From Verrucomicrobiota bacterium (lineage in GTDB: Bacteria; Verrucomicrobiota; Verrucomicrobiia; Opitutales; Seribacteraceae): a stretch of 31,339 nt of DNA. This document shows, in pieces, positions 1 through 7,818 of this stretch. Numbering within the stretch: the first letter of the stretch is position 1; each line of letters begins with the position of its first letter. Location: the NCBI GenBank assembly GCA_027622665.1, contig JAQBYT010000044.1, forward strand, positions 1 to 31,339, given 5' to 3'. Position numbers and translations under genes: made by a program. A model generated the notes under the pieces. It was given only the letters and a program-made list of their open reading frames with translations. It ran no database searches and was not told the DNA's origin.

Positions 1-25
1 CACTACCCCCATTCCCCCCCCCCCA

Positions 26-192
26 TTGTCATTGCGAGGAGCGTAGCGACGCGGCAATCCAGTGGACCGCGTCCGGCATCCCATGTAACGCCTCAGACTG
101 GATTGCCACGTCAGTTCTCTTCGAGACCTTCCTCGCAATGACAAAAAGTGAGGAGACCTGATTGCCACGCCCTGACGGGCTCGCAATGACAA
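26..192. repeat. REP/RPE-like palindromic element (GTCATTGCGAG...GCAATC / GATTGC...CTCGCAATGAC type), one 5' arm and two 3' arms
   Basis: Perfect 15-bp inverted repeat TTGTCATTGCGAGGA (26-40) / TCCTCGCAATGACAA (130-144). Inner pairing GACGCGGCAATCCAGT (48-63) / ACTGGATTGCCACGTC (97-112) with 1 mismatch. Second 3' arm GATTGCCACG...CTCGCAATGACAA at 160-192. Confidence 0.8.
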
Positions 193-353
193 GAGTGTAT
201 GGATTGTCCCGTCAAGTTGTGGATCGCAAGGACCATGCAGCGCGCCCGGTGACATGGTCATCCCTTCGAACGGTGGACCGTCAGCGAATTGTCTCTGCCC
301 GGCGGCATGTTTCATATGGGCACCTTGGACCCCGGAATAAACTTTCGCGACCC

Positions 354-542
354 CATAGGAACGCCTCCTTCGCCTGCAGGGACTTGACGAATACTCGTCG
401 GGACACGATTGGAGCACGCGAGGACTTGTCCGGTCCTCATAGGAATCGGGCCTGCGCAAACGGGGACTCGAGCGATCCCCGAAAGAATTTGCCGTGAGCA
501 GGTAAGGTTTTGTCCCTCTGTAGCAGGGACGGGGCGTGACCA
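354..542. repeat. Degenerate tandem array of 9 x 21-bp units, consensus NRY RRG RAY NNG NCS NNN NCN
   Basis: Manual alignment of units starting at 354, 375, 396, 417, 438, 459, 480, 501, 522 with no indels. Column 6 is G in 9/9; columns 2, 5, 7 purine in 9/9; column 9 pyrimidine in 9/9; columns 8 (A), 12 (G), 20 (C) in 8/9. Confidence 0.8.
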
Positions 543-715
543 CGAGGTGTTTTTTTCAAGCTATATGTTAATACAACCGGTTGAATCTCGGAACTCTGAA
601 GCGCAAGTATGAGAGAATCCGGTTAATTCCGTCCCGCTAAATGCGCGTGGTGGTTGAGCAATATCGCCGAGCCCGAACCGGGGACCGTCCAAAATGGGCG
701 GGTTGTTTTAATGTT

Positions 716-1246
716 ATGGCTAAGAAAATCAGAATAATGAAAGTAATGTCCATCGGACAAAACGTAGAACTGGGTTGGGAGGCGGAAGCCGCTGACCTAA
801 ATCTTGGGAACCAAACCTTGGATCAAGTGAAGGCGCTCGGGACGCAGGCCCAAGGCGCCATCGACGCCTTGGCGAAGCTGAGAAACGAGGAACAAGCCGG
901 GATGGCCCAGAGGGACGGCGACATCCAGGCCTACTGGGAAGCCTTGCAGAGAGCCAAGCACGGTTGCCTCGGGCATTCCAAGTTCGGCAGGAACTCCGGC
1001 CTGTACAAGAGGTGGGGCTACGTAAGGGAGGACGACCGCAAGTCGGGCCTCACGCGTAAGCCGAAGGAGACGCCCGAGGCGGGTGGATACGACCCCGATG
1101 CGATGGGAAAAGGGTGGGGTGGCCAACGGGCGGCCCCGCCTTTTTGTTTTTTTGATTCTGTTGTCGTCACCGATTTTGAATTTTCTGATTCAAGGGGTGT
1201 TTTGGAGCACTTATTCGACCCGAGATTTGCATTTTTGGTGTTTTAG
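716..1246 (+). CDS. Small uncharacterised alpha-helical/coiled-coil protein with C-terminal FGxNSxLYxxxGYVRxxxRKSGLTRK motif; the protein-like core ends near 1087
   Basis: ORF 641..1246 with likely ATG at 716 (MAKKIRIMK). GC-rich third positions and amphipathic helical pattern up to about 1087. The motif resembles a hypothetical-protein family I recall but did not verify by search. Confidence 0.7.
   Translation: MAKKIRIMKVMSIGQNVELGWEAEAADLNLGNQTLDQVKALGTQAQGAIDALAKLRNEEQAGMAQRDGDIQAYWEALQRAKHGCLGHSKFGRNSGLYKRWGYVREDDRKSGLTRKPKETPEAGGYDPDAMGKGWGGQRAAPPFCFFDSVVVTDFEFSDSRGVLEHLFDPRFAFLVF
1108..1153 (+). terminator. Intrinsic terminator-like hairpin
   Basis: Stem GGTGGGGTGGCC (1113-1124) / GGCGGCCCCGCC (1129-1140) with two G-U pairs and one mismatch, loop AACG, followed by TTTTTGTTTTTTT. 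Confidence 0.7.
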
Positions 1247-1468
1247 GTGAAAAGTGAATTTTGGGGCAGGATACTCTAGGCTCTCAATCCGCACTTGTGT
1301 TGATTGGGGGCCTTTCCTTTTATCGGCATCAATTTTCGTGATTTTCCGGCATTTGCTACGCTTCCCCGTTGACCTTTTGGCGACTAATGGTTCGTTTTGG
1401 AGTTTTCTTACACAGGGGAGTGGTAAAAATTGCCGACTTCCGCAACAGTCTCTATTGCTTTCTTTCTC

Positions 1469-2713
1469 ATGGCTACTTTTCGACCCTTTCGAGGCATTCG
1501 TCCTCTTCCCGAACATGTTGCGGCGGTTGCGTCGCGTCCGTACGACGTGTTGAACTCGGACGAAGCTCGGGTGGAGGCAGGGGGCAACCCTTTGTCCTTT
1601 CTTCACGTGGTGAAACCGGAGATCGACCTGCCGACCGACGTGGATCCCTACGGGGACGAAGTGTATGCCAAGGGCAGGGAGAATTTCGGGCGAATGTTGA
1701 AAGAGGGGCATGTGAAGAGGGACGAGGAGCCTTCCTACTACCTTTATCGGCTGACTATGGACGGCCGTTCCCAGATAGGGGTTGTGGGTTGCTGCCTGGT
1801 GGACGATTATTTCGAGGGAACGATAAAGAAGCATGAACTTACCCGCCCCGTAAAGGAGGACGACCGGGTGCGGCACGTGGAAACTCTCAATGCGAATGCC
1901 GAGCCGGTTTTCTTTTCCTACCGAGGAAACGATTCGATCGACGGTTTTGTTTCGGAGCAACTGTCGGGGGTTCCCGTATATGATTTTACTTCCGAGGACG
2001 GTATCAGGCACGAGTTTTGGACCGTCTCGGATCCCGGCGAGGTGTCCCGGTTGGAGTCTTTGTTCGCCGAAGTGCCCGCTCTCTACGTTGCGGACGGGCA
2101 CCACCGCACGGCGGCTGCGGCCCGAGTGGGCAAAGAGCGTCGTGAGGCCAATCCCGACCACGACGGATCGGAAGAGTACAATTTCTTTCTGGCCGTGCTC
2201 TTTCCCGACGATCAGTTGAAGATCCTCGATTACAATCGAGTGGTGACGGACCTGAACGGCTTGTCCGAGGGGGAGTTTTTAGCCAGTTTGGAAAGTTCCT
2301 TCGAAGTCACCTCTTCACCGGAGGGTGCTTTTCGACCCTCGGGCATGCGGGAGTTCGGTCTGTACTTGAAGGGCAGTTGGTTCGGCCTCCGGGCAAAGGA
2401 GGGCGCATGGGACGACGACGACCCGATCGGGTCGCTGGACGTAACGGTCCTTTCGGATCACGTATTGGAGCCGATTCTGGGAATAACCGACCTCCGGCGG
2501 GACAAGCGGATAGATTTCGTGGGAGGTATTCGGGGATTGGGAGAGCTTGAACGTCGAGTGGATTCAGGTGAAATGGCTGTTGCCTTCGCCTTGCATCCGG
2601 TTTCCATGGAACAACTTCTCACCATTGCCGACGCGGATCAAATAATGCCACCCAAGACCACATGGTTCGAGCCAAAGCTGCGCAGTGGTTTGGTGGTGCA
2701 CGAATTGGGATGA
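1469..2713 (+). CDS. DUF1015 family protein
   Basis: N-terminal F(R)PFRGIRP...ASRPYDV, IKKHELTRPVKEDDR, YVADGHHRTAAA and C-terminal MPPKTTWFEPKLRSGL are characteristic. Start moved to ATG 1469. Confidence 0.9.
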   Translation: MATFRPFRGIRPLPEHVAAVASRPYDVLNSDEARVEAGGNPLSFLHVVKPEIDLPTDVDPYGDEVYAKGRENFGRMLKEGHVKRDEEPSYYLYRLTMDGRSQIGVVGCCLVDDYFEGTIKKHELTRPVKEDDRVRHVETLNANAEPVFFSYRGNDSIDGFVSEQLSGVPVYDFTSEDGIRHEFWTVSDPGEVSRLESLFAEVPALYVADGHHRTAAAARVGKERREANPDHDGSEEYNFFLAVLFPDDQLKILDYNRVVTDLNGLSEGEFLASLESSFEVTSSPEGAFRPSGMREFGLYLKGSWFGLRAKEGAWDDDDPIGSLDVTVLSDHVLEPILGITDLRRDKRIDFVGGIRGLGELERRVDSGEMAVAFALHPVSMEQLLTIADADQIMPPKTTWFEPKLRSGLVVHELG

Positions 2714-3114
2714 GCTCGGGGCCGTACGACTTTACGCCCGCATTGGGTAAGGTTTTGACGACCTTGCTTGGGGCTCGAGAGGAAACTACTTCCGAACGTC
2801 GACTTGGCCGCACCTTGCTGGGTTTTCGAGAGCTTCTCGAATATGAGGATCATCTTGATTTCGATGAGAACGAACGCCCCGTACTAGATCTGGCCAGGTT
2901 GAAGGCCGTGAGGTTTCTCTTGGACAACCTGCCTGCGGAGGATGATCCGGATCCAACGGTATGGACGAAGTACTACTCTTTTTTAAGTGTCGAGGGAGCG
3001 GAAGCTCGGGAACTGTGGGAAGTTAAGGAACCCGGATTGGTCGAGGTCTGGAGCGATTTCTGTTCACGTCTTCCCGAAGTCATGGACGAGGCCATCGGGT
3101 TATCCCGAAACTGA
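2710..3114 (+). CDS. Hypothetical protein (134 aa, acidic)
   Basis: ATGA overlap with the upstream stop, fills the gap in the operon, protein-like composition. Confidence 0.75.
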   Translation: MSSGPYDFTPALGKVLTTLLGAREETTSERRLGRTLLGFRELLEYEDHLDFDENERPVLDLARLKAVRFLLDNLPAEDDPDPTVWTKYYSFLSVEGAEARELWEVKEPGLVEVWSDFCSRLPEVMDEAIGLSRN

Positions 3115-3118
3115 GGTT

Positions 3119-4237
3119 TTGAAAATTCTCATCCTTACCTCGTCCACCGGCGGTGGTCACGACATGCGGGCTAGAGCGCTCGGTGAATGGGCCCGGATGG
3201 AAAATCTCTCGACTCGCACCTACAAGCCTTTGGAATACGATAGCCGCCTGTACCTGTTCGGCACCTGGTTGTACAACTGGATCCAGAAGACCTTTCCTCT
3301 GTTGCACCGGGCTTATTTCCCTTTTCTGGAGGCTGCCTGCCTGCACAGGAAGGCATGTTTTATTCTAGGAGCTAAGCGATTCAAGGCCGTGGTTCGGGAT
3401 TGTGCACCGGATGTGGTGGTGAGCATGCACGCCCATTTGAACCATGGCTATCGCGACCTGGTGATGGATGCGATGCCCGAGAAACCTCCTGCTTTCGCCA
3501 TTTACTGCGGAGAGCTTGGGGATGGTCCGGGGTTCAGTCGTCATTGGGTAAACCCCGAGGCGGATCTTTTTGCGGGGCCTTTCGCCGAAACTTGCGAGGC
3601 GGCCATTTCGCGAGGCATGCCCGAGGAAAAGGTATACGAGGCGGGTTTGCTGCTGCGCCCGGCCTTTTTCGAAAAGCCTAAAGCCAAGGCCGATGACGCT
3701 CTTTTGCGCAAGAAGTGGGACTTGGATCCGAAGTTGCCTTTGCTTGTTCTTGGAACAGGAGCCAATGGGGTGAACAGGCACTTGCCCGTGGTCATCGCCA
3801 CTCGTGCCCTTGGCGAAGTGGTTCAAGTTGTGGCCCTTTGCGGGGAAAACCGGAAAACCATGCGCTGGCTCGAAAGTATGGGGGATCACTCCAAGGTGCC
3901 TTTGCGTCCGCTTCCCACGATTCCGGCCGACGAAATAGCTCCTCTCCTTCGCTCGGCCACTATGCTTTTCGCTCGTCCCGGAGCTGGAACTACGGCCGAG
4001 GCCATTGCCTGTGGGACGCCGGTACTCTTCGACGTTTCACGCGGGATAATGCCTCAAGAGCAAAACAACCTGAGCTTTTGGCAAAAGCGAACGGGCGGGA
4101 TTGCCTCAACTAAGAAGGCCTCCGAGGTTCCGCGCCGACTTCATTCCTCTTCTCTGCCGGCGACTTTCCCTTATGCCCCTGGAGAAACGCCCTTGCGCTT
4201 TCTGGAGAAGCTACGTGAAATCGTGGCTTCCCGATGA
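3119..4237 (+). CDS. GT-B glycosyltransferase, GT28 / MGDG synthase (UgtP)-like
   Basis: KILILTSSTGGGH start motif, PDVVVSMH, VVALCGEN, ARPGAGTTAEAIACGTP, MPQEQNN. Likely TTG start at 3119. Confidence 0.85.
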   Translation: MKILILTSSTGGGHDMRARALGEWARMENLSTRTYKPLEYDSRLYLFGTWLYNWIQKTFPLLHRAYFPFLEAACLHRKACFILGAKRFKAVVRDCAPDVVVSMHAHLNHGYRDLVMDAMPEKPPAFAIYCGELGDGPGFSRHWVNPEADLFAGPFAETCEAAISRGMPEEKVYEAGLLLRPAFFEKPKAKADDALLRKKWDLDPKLPLLVLGTGANGVNRHLPVVIATRALGEVVQVVALCGENRKTMRWLESMGDHSKVPLRPLPTIPADEIAPLLRSATMLFARPGAGTTAEAIACGTPVLFDVSRGIMPQEQNNLSFWQKRTGGIASTKKASEVPRRLHSSSLPATFPYAPGETPLRFLEKLREIVASR

Positions 4238-4923
4238 ACGATTTCAAGGATCCCACCGTTGCGCCCGCCACCTTTCGAGCCTTGGAGGCTTGTTCCGATG
4301 AATGGGTGAAGCGGGGTGGTCAGGGAACGCCCCTCAAGGTGGAGTTTTCGGATAGCGGCGAGGTGAGGTTTTCGCCGGGTGGTCTGACCTTTGCCGATTA
4401 TTGGGTTTTTTTGAGAGCTCTTACTCACGGTTTCGCCATGCCTCGGATTGCTCCCATGCTTTCCCGCCCCTTGGAAACCTTTCGAGTGATTCGTACCTTG
4501 AAGGCGTTGGCCGCCGCGTTTGCCGATTCCGAGAACGTAATGACCAAGGTTGCCTTGGGGCTTCGCGGAGGTCTGGGGGCCGCGGAATCTTACGCAAGGC
4601 TTGATTCGAAGTGCATCGACGCCATTGGAAGGGAGAGTCCCGGGACGATTTCGTTTACGGTGGAAGGAGAGGATTTAAGCATGTGGTTTCGGATTGAGCC
4701 CAAGGCCCGATATAGTTCCGGCAGTGGTGAACCTCCGGAGGTTCCGGCGGCGCGAGTCTGCTTTCGCGACTTGGAGGTGGCTTGCCGAGCGGTGGACGGA
4801 AAGCTGGACTCGTTGGCTGCCTCGGCACTTGGCGAGGTGGAGGTGACGGGTAGGATTCCGCTTGCTGAATCGGTGGGGTACGTGGCCGATATAGCCGCTC
4901 GAAACTTGGTTTTTGCTCGATGA
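4234..4923 (+). CDS. Hypothetical protein with possible SCP2 sterol/lipid-binding-like C-terminal domain
   Basis: ATGA overlaps on both sides. C-terminal GKLDSLAASALGEVEVTGRIPLA resembles the SCP2 signature. Confidence 0.6.
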   Translation: MNDFKDPTVAPATFRALEACSDEWVKRGGQGTPLKVEFSDSGEVRFSPGGLTFADYWVFLRALTHGFAMPRIAPMLSRPLETFRVIRTLKALAAAFADSENVMTKVALGLRGGLGAAESYARLDSKCIDAIGRESPGTISFTVEGEDLSMWFRIEPKARYSSGSGEPPEVPAARVCFRDLEVACRAVDGKLDSLAASALGEVEVTGRIPLAESVGYVADIAARNLVFAR

Positions 4924-6152
4924 CTCTTTCTCGTAAGCGTTCCGACGAACTTTTCCTGCGGGCCACGAAGGTGGTGCCAGGCGGGATTTACGGACATCTT
5001 GCTCCCGCGGGTGGCTTGCCGAAGGTTTTTCCGCATTACGCCGAGAGCGCCGAAGGGTGTCGTTTTCGAGATGTGGACGGGAACGATTGGCTGGACTTTA
5101 TGTGCGGCTACGGCGCGATTCTCCTAGGGCATAGGGATCCCGAGGTCGAGGAAGCGGCCGAGCGGCAACGCCGGGAAGGCTCAGTCCTAAACCAACCGAC
5201 CGCCCGAATGGTGGAGTTGGCCGAGGCTATGGTAGAGCGCATCGACTTTGCGGAATGGGCCGTTTTCGCCAAGAATGGTTCCGACGTCACGACTTGGGCG
5301 ACACGTGTGGCCCGCGAGCATACCGGACGCCGCTTCGTCTTGAAGGCGAAGGGTGCCTACCATGGGGTGGACGCTTGGTGCGATCCCGGTTTCGGTGGGC
5401 GAATCCCGGAAGACCGGAAGTTCGTTGGTGAATTCAAATGGAACGATCTTGATGGACTGCGATCTCTCGCCAAGGAGCATGAGGACGATGTCGCCGCTAT
5501 TGTGCTGACGCCTTATCATCACGCCGCCTTCGGACCCTCGGAAATGCCTGCGGATGGGTTCTGGTCGGGCGTGGAGGAATTGTGCCGAGAGAAAGGGATT
5601 ATCCTCGTTCTCGACGACGTGCGAGCAGGTTCGCGATTGCATGATGGCGGGTCGCACCGTCTTTTTGGCTTCACTCCCGACGTCGCGTGTTACTCAAAGG
5701 CACTGGGGAATGGTTATGCCATTTCCGCTTGCGTTGGAGGAGAAGACCTTCGTCGCGGGGCCCGAGATGTTTTTCTTACGGGTAGTTGCTGGAACGATGC
5801 GGTGGCGATGGCGGCTGCGATGAAGTGCCTCGAACTCGCTCGGGACCGCAATATCGTGGATAAGCTGGATACGCTCGGGGGCAGGCTATCGAGGGGACTT
5901 CGGGATGCCGGGGAAAAGCATGGCTTTTCGTTTAGCCTTACGGGGCCGCCCGCCATGCCCTTTCCGTGGTTCGACGGGGACGACAACCTATACCTGTTGC
6001 AGCAATTCTGTGAACTTTGCGCATTGGAGGGCGTTTTCTTTCATCCTCACCATAATTGGTTCCTTTGCGGGGCCCACGAGGAGGCGACGATCGATCAAGC
6101 GGTTGAGGCAGCTTCGGTTGCGTTCTCCAAGTTGACTGCGGAAAAAGCCTAG
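4920..6152 (+). CDS. Class III PLP-dependent aminotransferase (glutamate-1-semialdehyde aminomutase-like)
   Basis: AEGCRFRDVDGNDWLDF..GYGAILLGH, FAKNGSDVT, AYHG, LVLDDVRAG, PLP lysine in YSKALGNG. Divergent from canonical HemL, so no symbol is given. Confidence 0.85.
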   Translation: MTLSRKRSDELFLRATKVVPGGIYGHLAPAGGLPKVFPHYAESAEGCRFRDVDGNDWLDFMCGYGAILLGHRDPEVEEAAERQRREGSVLNQPTARMVELAEAMVERIDFAEWAVFAKNGSDVTTWATRVAREHTGRRFVLKAKGAYHGVDAWCDPGFGGRIPEDRKFVGEFKWNDLDGLRSLAKEHEDDVAAIVLTPYHHAAFGPSEMPADGFWSGVEELCREKGIILVLDDVRAGSRLHDGGSHRLFGFTPDVACYSKALGNGYAISACVGGEDLRRGARDVFLTGSCWNDAVAMAAAMKCLELARDRNIVDKLDTLGGRLSRGLRDAGEKHGFSFSLTGPPAMPFPWFDGDDNLYLLQQFCELCALEGVFFHPHHNWFLCGAHEEATIDQAVEAASVAFSKLTAEKA

Positions 6153-7702
6153 GCGAAGGTTTCCGTAAGGAGTCGGGTGAGGAATTCATCCGAAGGCTCG
6201 GCGTCCACTAGGGCGTCTTCCAGCAACCAAAGGATGCGGCGGAGTTCCCTGATTCTCAAATCCAGTTCTTCCGAGGTCGGTTCTTTTCCGGGGCCGATCT
6301 CCGGCATTACGGCAAAGGAGTAATCGCCGATCAAGGCGGCGATGTCCTGATTCCCGAGCAGCTCGTGAAAATACCTAAGCTTTTCGTTGGCAGGGGCGTT
6401 TTCCTTGGCAAGGAGTGGGCGAAGGTTTTTCCATGCTTCGTCACAGCGGGTGGCCAGTAGAGTGAGCACTTGGTCCAGACCTTGACCCGAAATGCCTCGA
6501 CGTTCGGAAAAGACCGTGGGGGCTTGTTCGTAGGGAGCAAGGCTTTCCGAAAGGGCTTCCTTGAGTTCGTCAATTTGGTCGGGATGTATTACGATGGACC
6601 CTTCCAGTATGGCTCCTCGATCATTGAGGTTGATCACGTTTCTTCCACGAGAGATACGTGCGCAGCTTTCGGATGTTTCGCTCCAGTCCGAAAGAAAAGG
6701 AGTGGATACGGTTTCAGTATGATTTCCGGGGACGTTGTGGCTGATGTTTGCCTGGATTTGTATGTGAGAGCGTCCCGTACTTTCGGCATAACGATCGGTA
6801 CCATCGCCCCCACCGGCCAGATCCATGCCTACCAGTATGATTGCGTCCGGTCCCAGAAAATCGGCGACGAGCATTGCGGCCAGTCCGGCGTTGTTCACTG
6901 CGAGAAGACTCGTTTTTGGGATGCCTTTGGCGGCGAGCCAATCCTCAGTCATTACTCTACCCGAGAGGTAGCGTACGTTGTCCCCCCAGCGTTGCGGCCA
7001 ACTGGAGTGAGATTGCGTGGAAAGAATGGCGATGCCCGGACGATGATCGATGGAGCTACAGGAATCGTGACTTTTTTCGGGATCGATGCTCACTACGAAG
7101 TCGGGATCTACCCCTGCATCTTTCAAAGCCCTGAGAGCACTGTCGGCGGCAACCACGAGGGGTTTAGGGAATCCTTCCTTAATTAGCGGCAAGGTGACGT
7201 CCAGCGATGGACCCGCTCCAACGACCACGGCGAGGCTTCCTCGGGCTGAGTCTCTCCACTTTTCGGGGATGCGCGAGCGGAGGTATCCTGCGAGGTTTCG
7301 AAATACCTGTTCTTGTCGCAAAACGCCGGTGTCGGATCTGGTTCGACGGGCTCTTAGGGTCGAATCGATCGAAGAAATGACGAGATCTAGGATTGATGTA
7401 TAAGCATTTTCATCATCCTCCGCGACACGTGAGCTGACCTTTACCGTGGGTGGTTTATCGTAGTCGAGGCGAAGGAATTCGTCGATGGTCTCGGAAAGCT
7501 TCTTTGATTCGGAACTCCTATCCAAGCAATAGATGTTGGCAGGATATGAGGAAGAGAAGCTTTCTGTGTGCGGGGCGATCCAGAGAACACCTTTGGAATG
7601 GATTTCGGCTTCGGAAGAGAGAAGGGACTTCTCAAGTGGGCCCAATAAAATGGCTGAGACAGCTCCTTCGGAACTTGTTTCTGATAGCCATGGCGAATTC
7701 AT
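6149..7702 (-). CDS. Maf / DUF115 (MptE-like) family putative nonulosonic acid transferase
   Basis: AVVVGAGPSLD, VVAADSALRAL, PDFVVSIDP, IILVGMDLA motifs; divergent from pseB-pseI. Start uncertain (7702 ATG or 7726 TTG). Confidence 0.8.
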   Translation of the reverse strand: MNSPWLSETSSEGAVSAILLGPLEKSLLSSEAEIHSKGVLWIAPHTESFSSSYPANIYCLDRSSESKKLSETIDEFLRLDYDKPPTVKVSSRVAEDDENAYTSILDLVISSIDSTLRARRTRSDTGVLRQEQVFRNLAGYLRSRIPEKWRDSARGSLAVVVGAGPSLDVTLPLIKEGFPKPLVVAADSALRALKDAGVDPDFVVSIDPEKSHDSCSSIDHRPGIAILSTQSHSSWPQRWGDNVRYLSGRVMTEDWLAAKGIPKTSLLAVNNAGLAAMLVADFLGPDAIILVGMDLAGGGDGTDRYAESTGRSHIQIQANISHNVPGNHTETVSTPFLSDWSETSESCARISRGRNVINLNDRGAILEGSIVIHPDQIDELKEALSESLAPYEQAPTVFSERRGISGQGLDQVLTLLATRCDEAWKNLRPLLAKENAPANEKLRYFHELLGNQDIAALIGDYSFAVMPEIGPGKEPTSEELDLRIRELRRILWLLEDALVDAEPSDEFLTRLLTETFA

Positions 7703-7818
7703 GAAAATTTCTGCTTTGGTCAACAAGAGGTCTGTTCGTCAAATCCCTTAGGGACGATGAGTTCGTCCTCGTTTCGGATGGACTAAGAGAGCATAAAAAG
7801 GTTTATTGGTAACTAGCC

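Noticed and set aside
1..25. Poly-C run as a phase-variation tract
   Set aside because: It lies at the window edge with no linked gene visible and may be an assembly artefact.
354..542. CRISPR array or simple VNTR interpretation of the periodic tract
   Set aside because: No identical repeats alternating with unique spacers, the period is only 21 bp, the units are highly divergent, and there are no cas genes in the window.
162..612. Plus-strand ORFs 162..497 and 409..612 as genes
   Set aside because: They begin inside the palindromic element or array at TTG codons. The periodicity continues past the 497 stop, so they look like by-products of the repeats.
1150..1430. T-tract-rich intergenic region as a second periodic array, and ORF 1254..1553
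   Set aside because: I could not establish a consistent period by eye (spacings of 20-23). The ORF is Phe/Leu-rich from T bias and overlaps DUF1015 out of frame.
4920..6152. Calling the aminotransferase hemL
   Set aside because: It lacks canonical HemL motifs such as PGGVNSPVRAF and FDEVMTGFR; only the class III fold is supported.
7752..7768. Palindrome GGACGA-N5-TCGTCC between maf and pseB as an operator
   Set aside because: Single 6-bp-arm palindrome with no second copy seen; compatible with chance.
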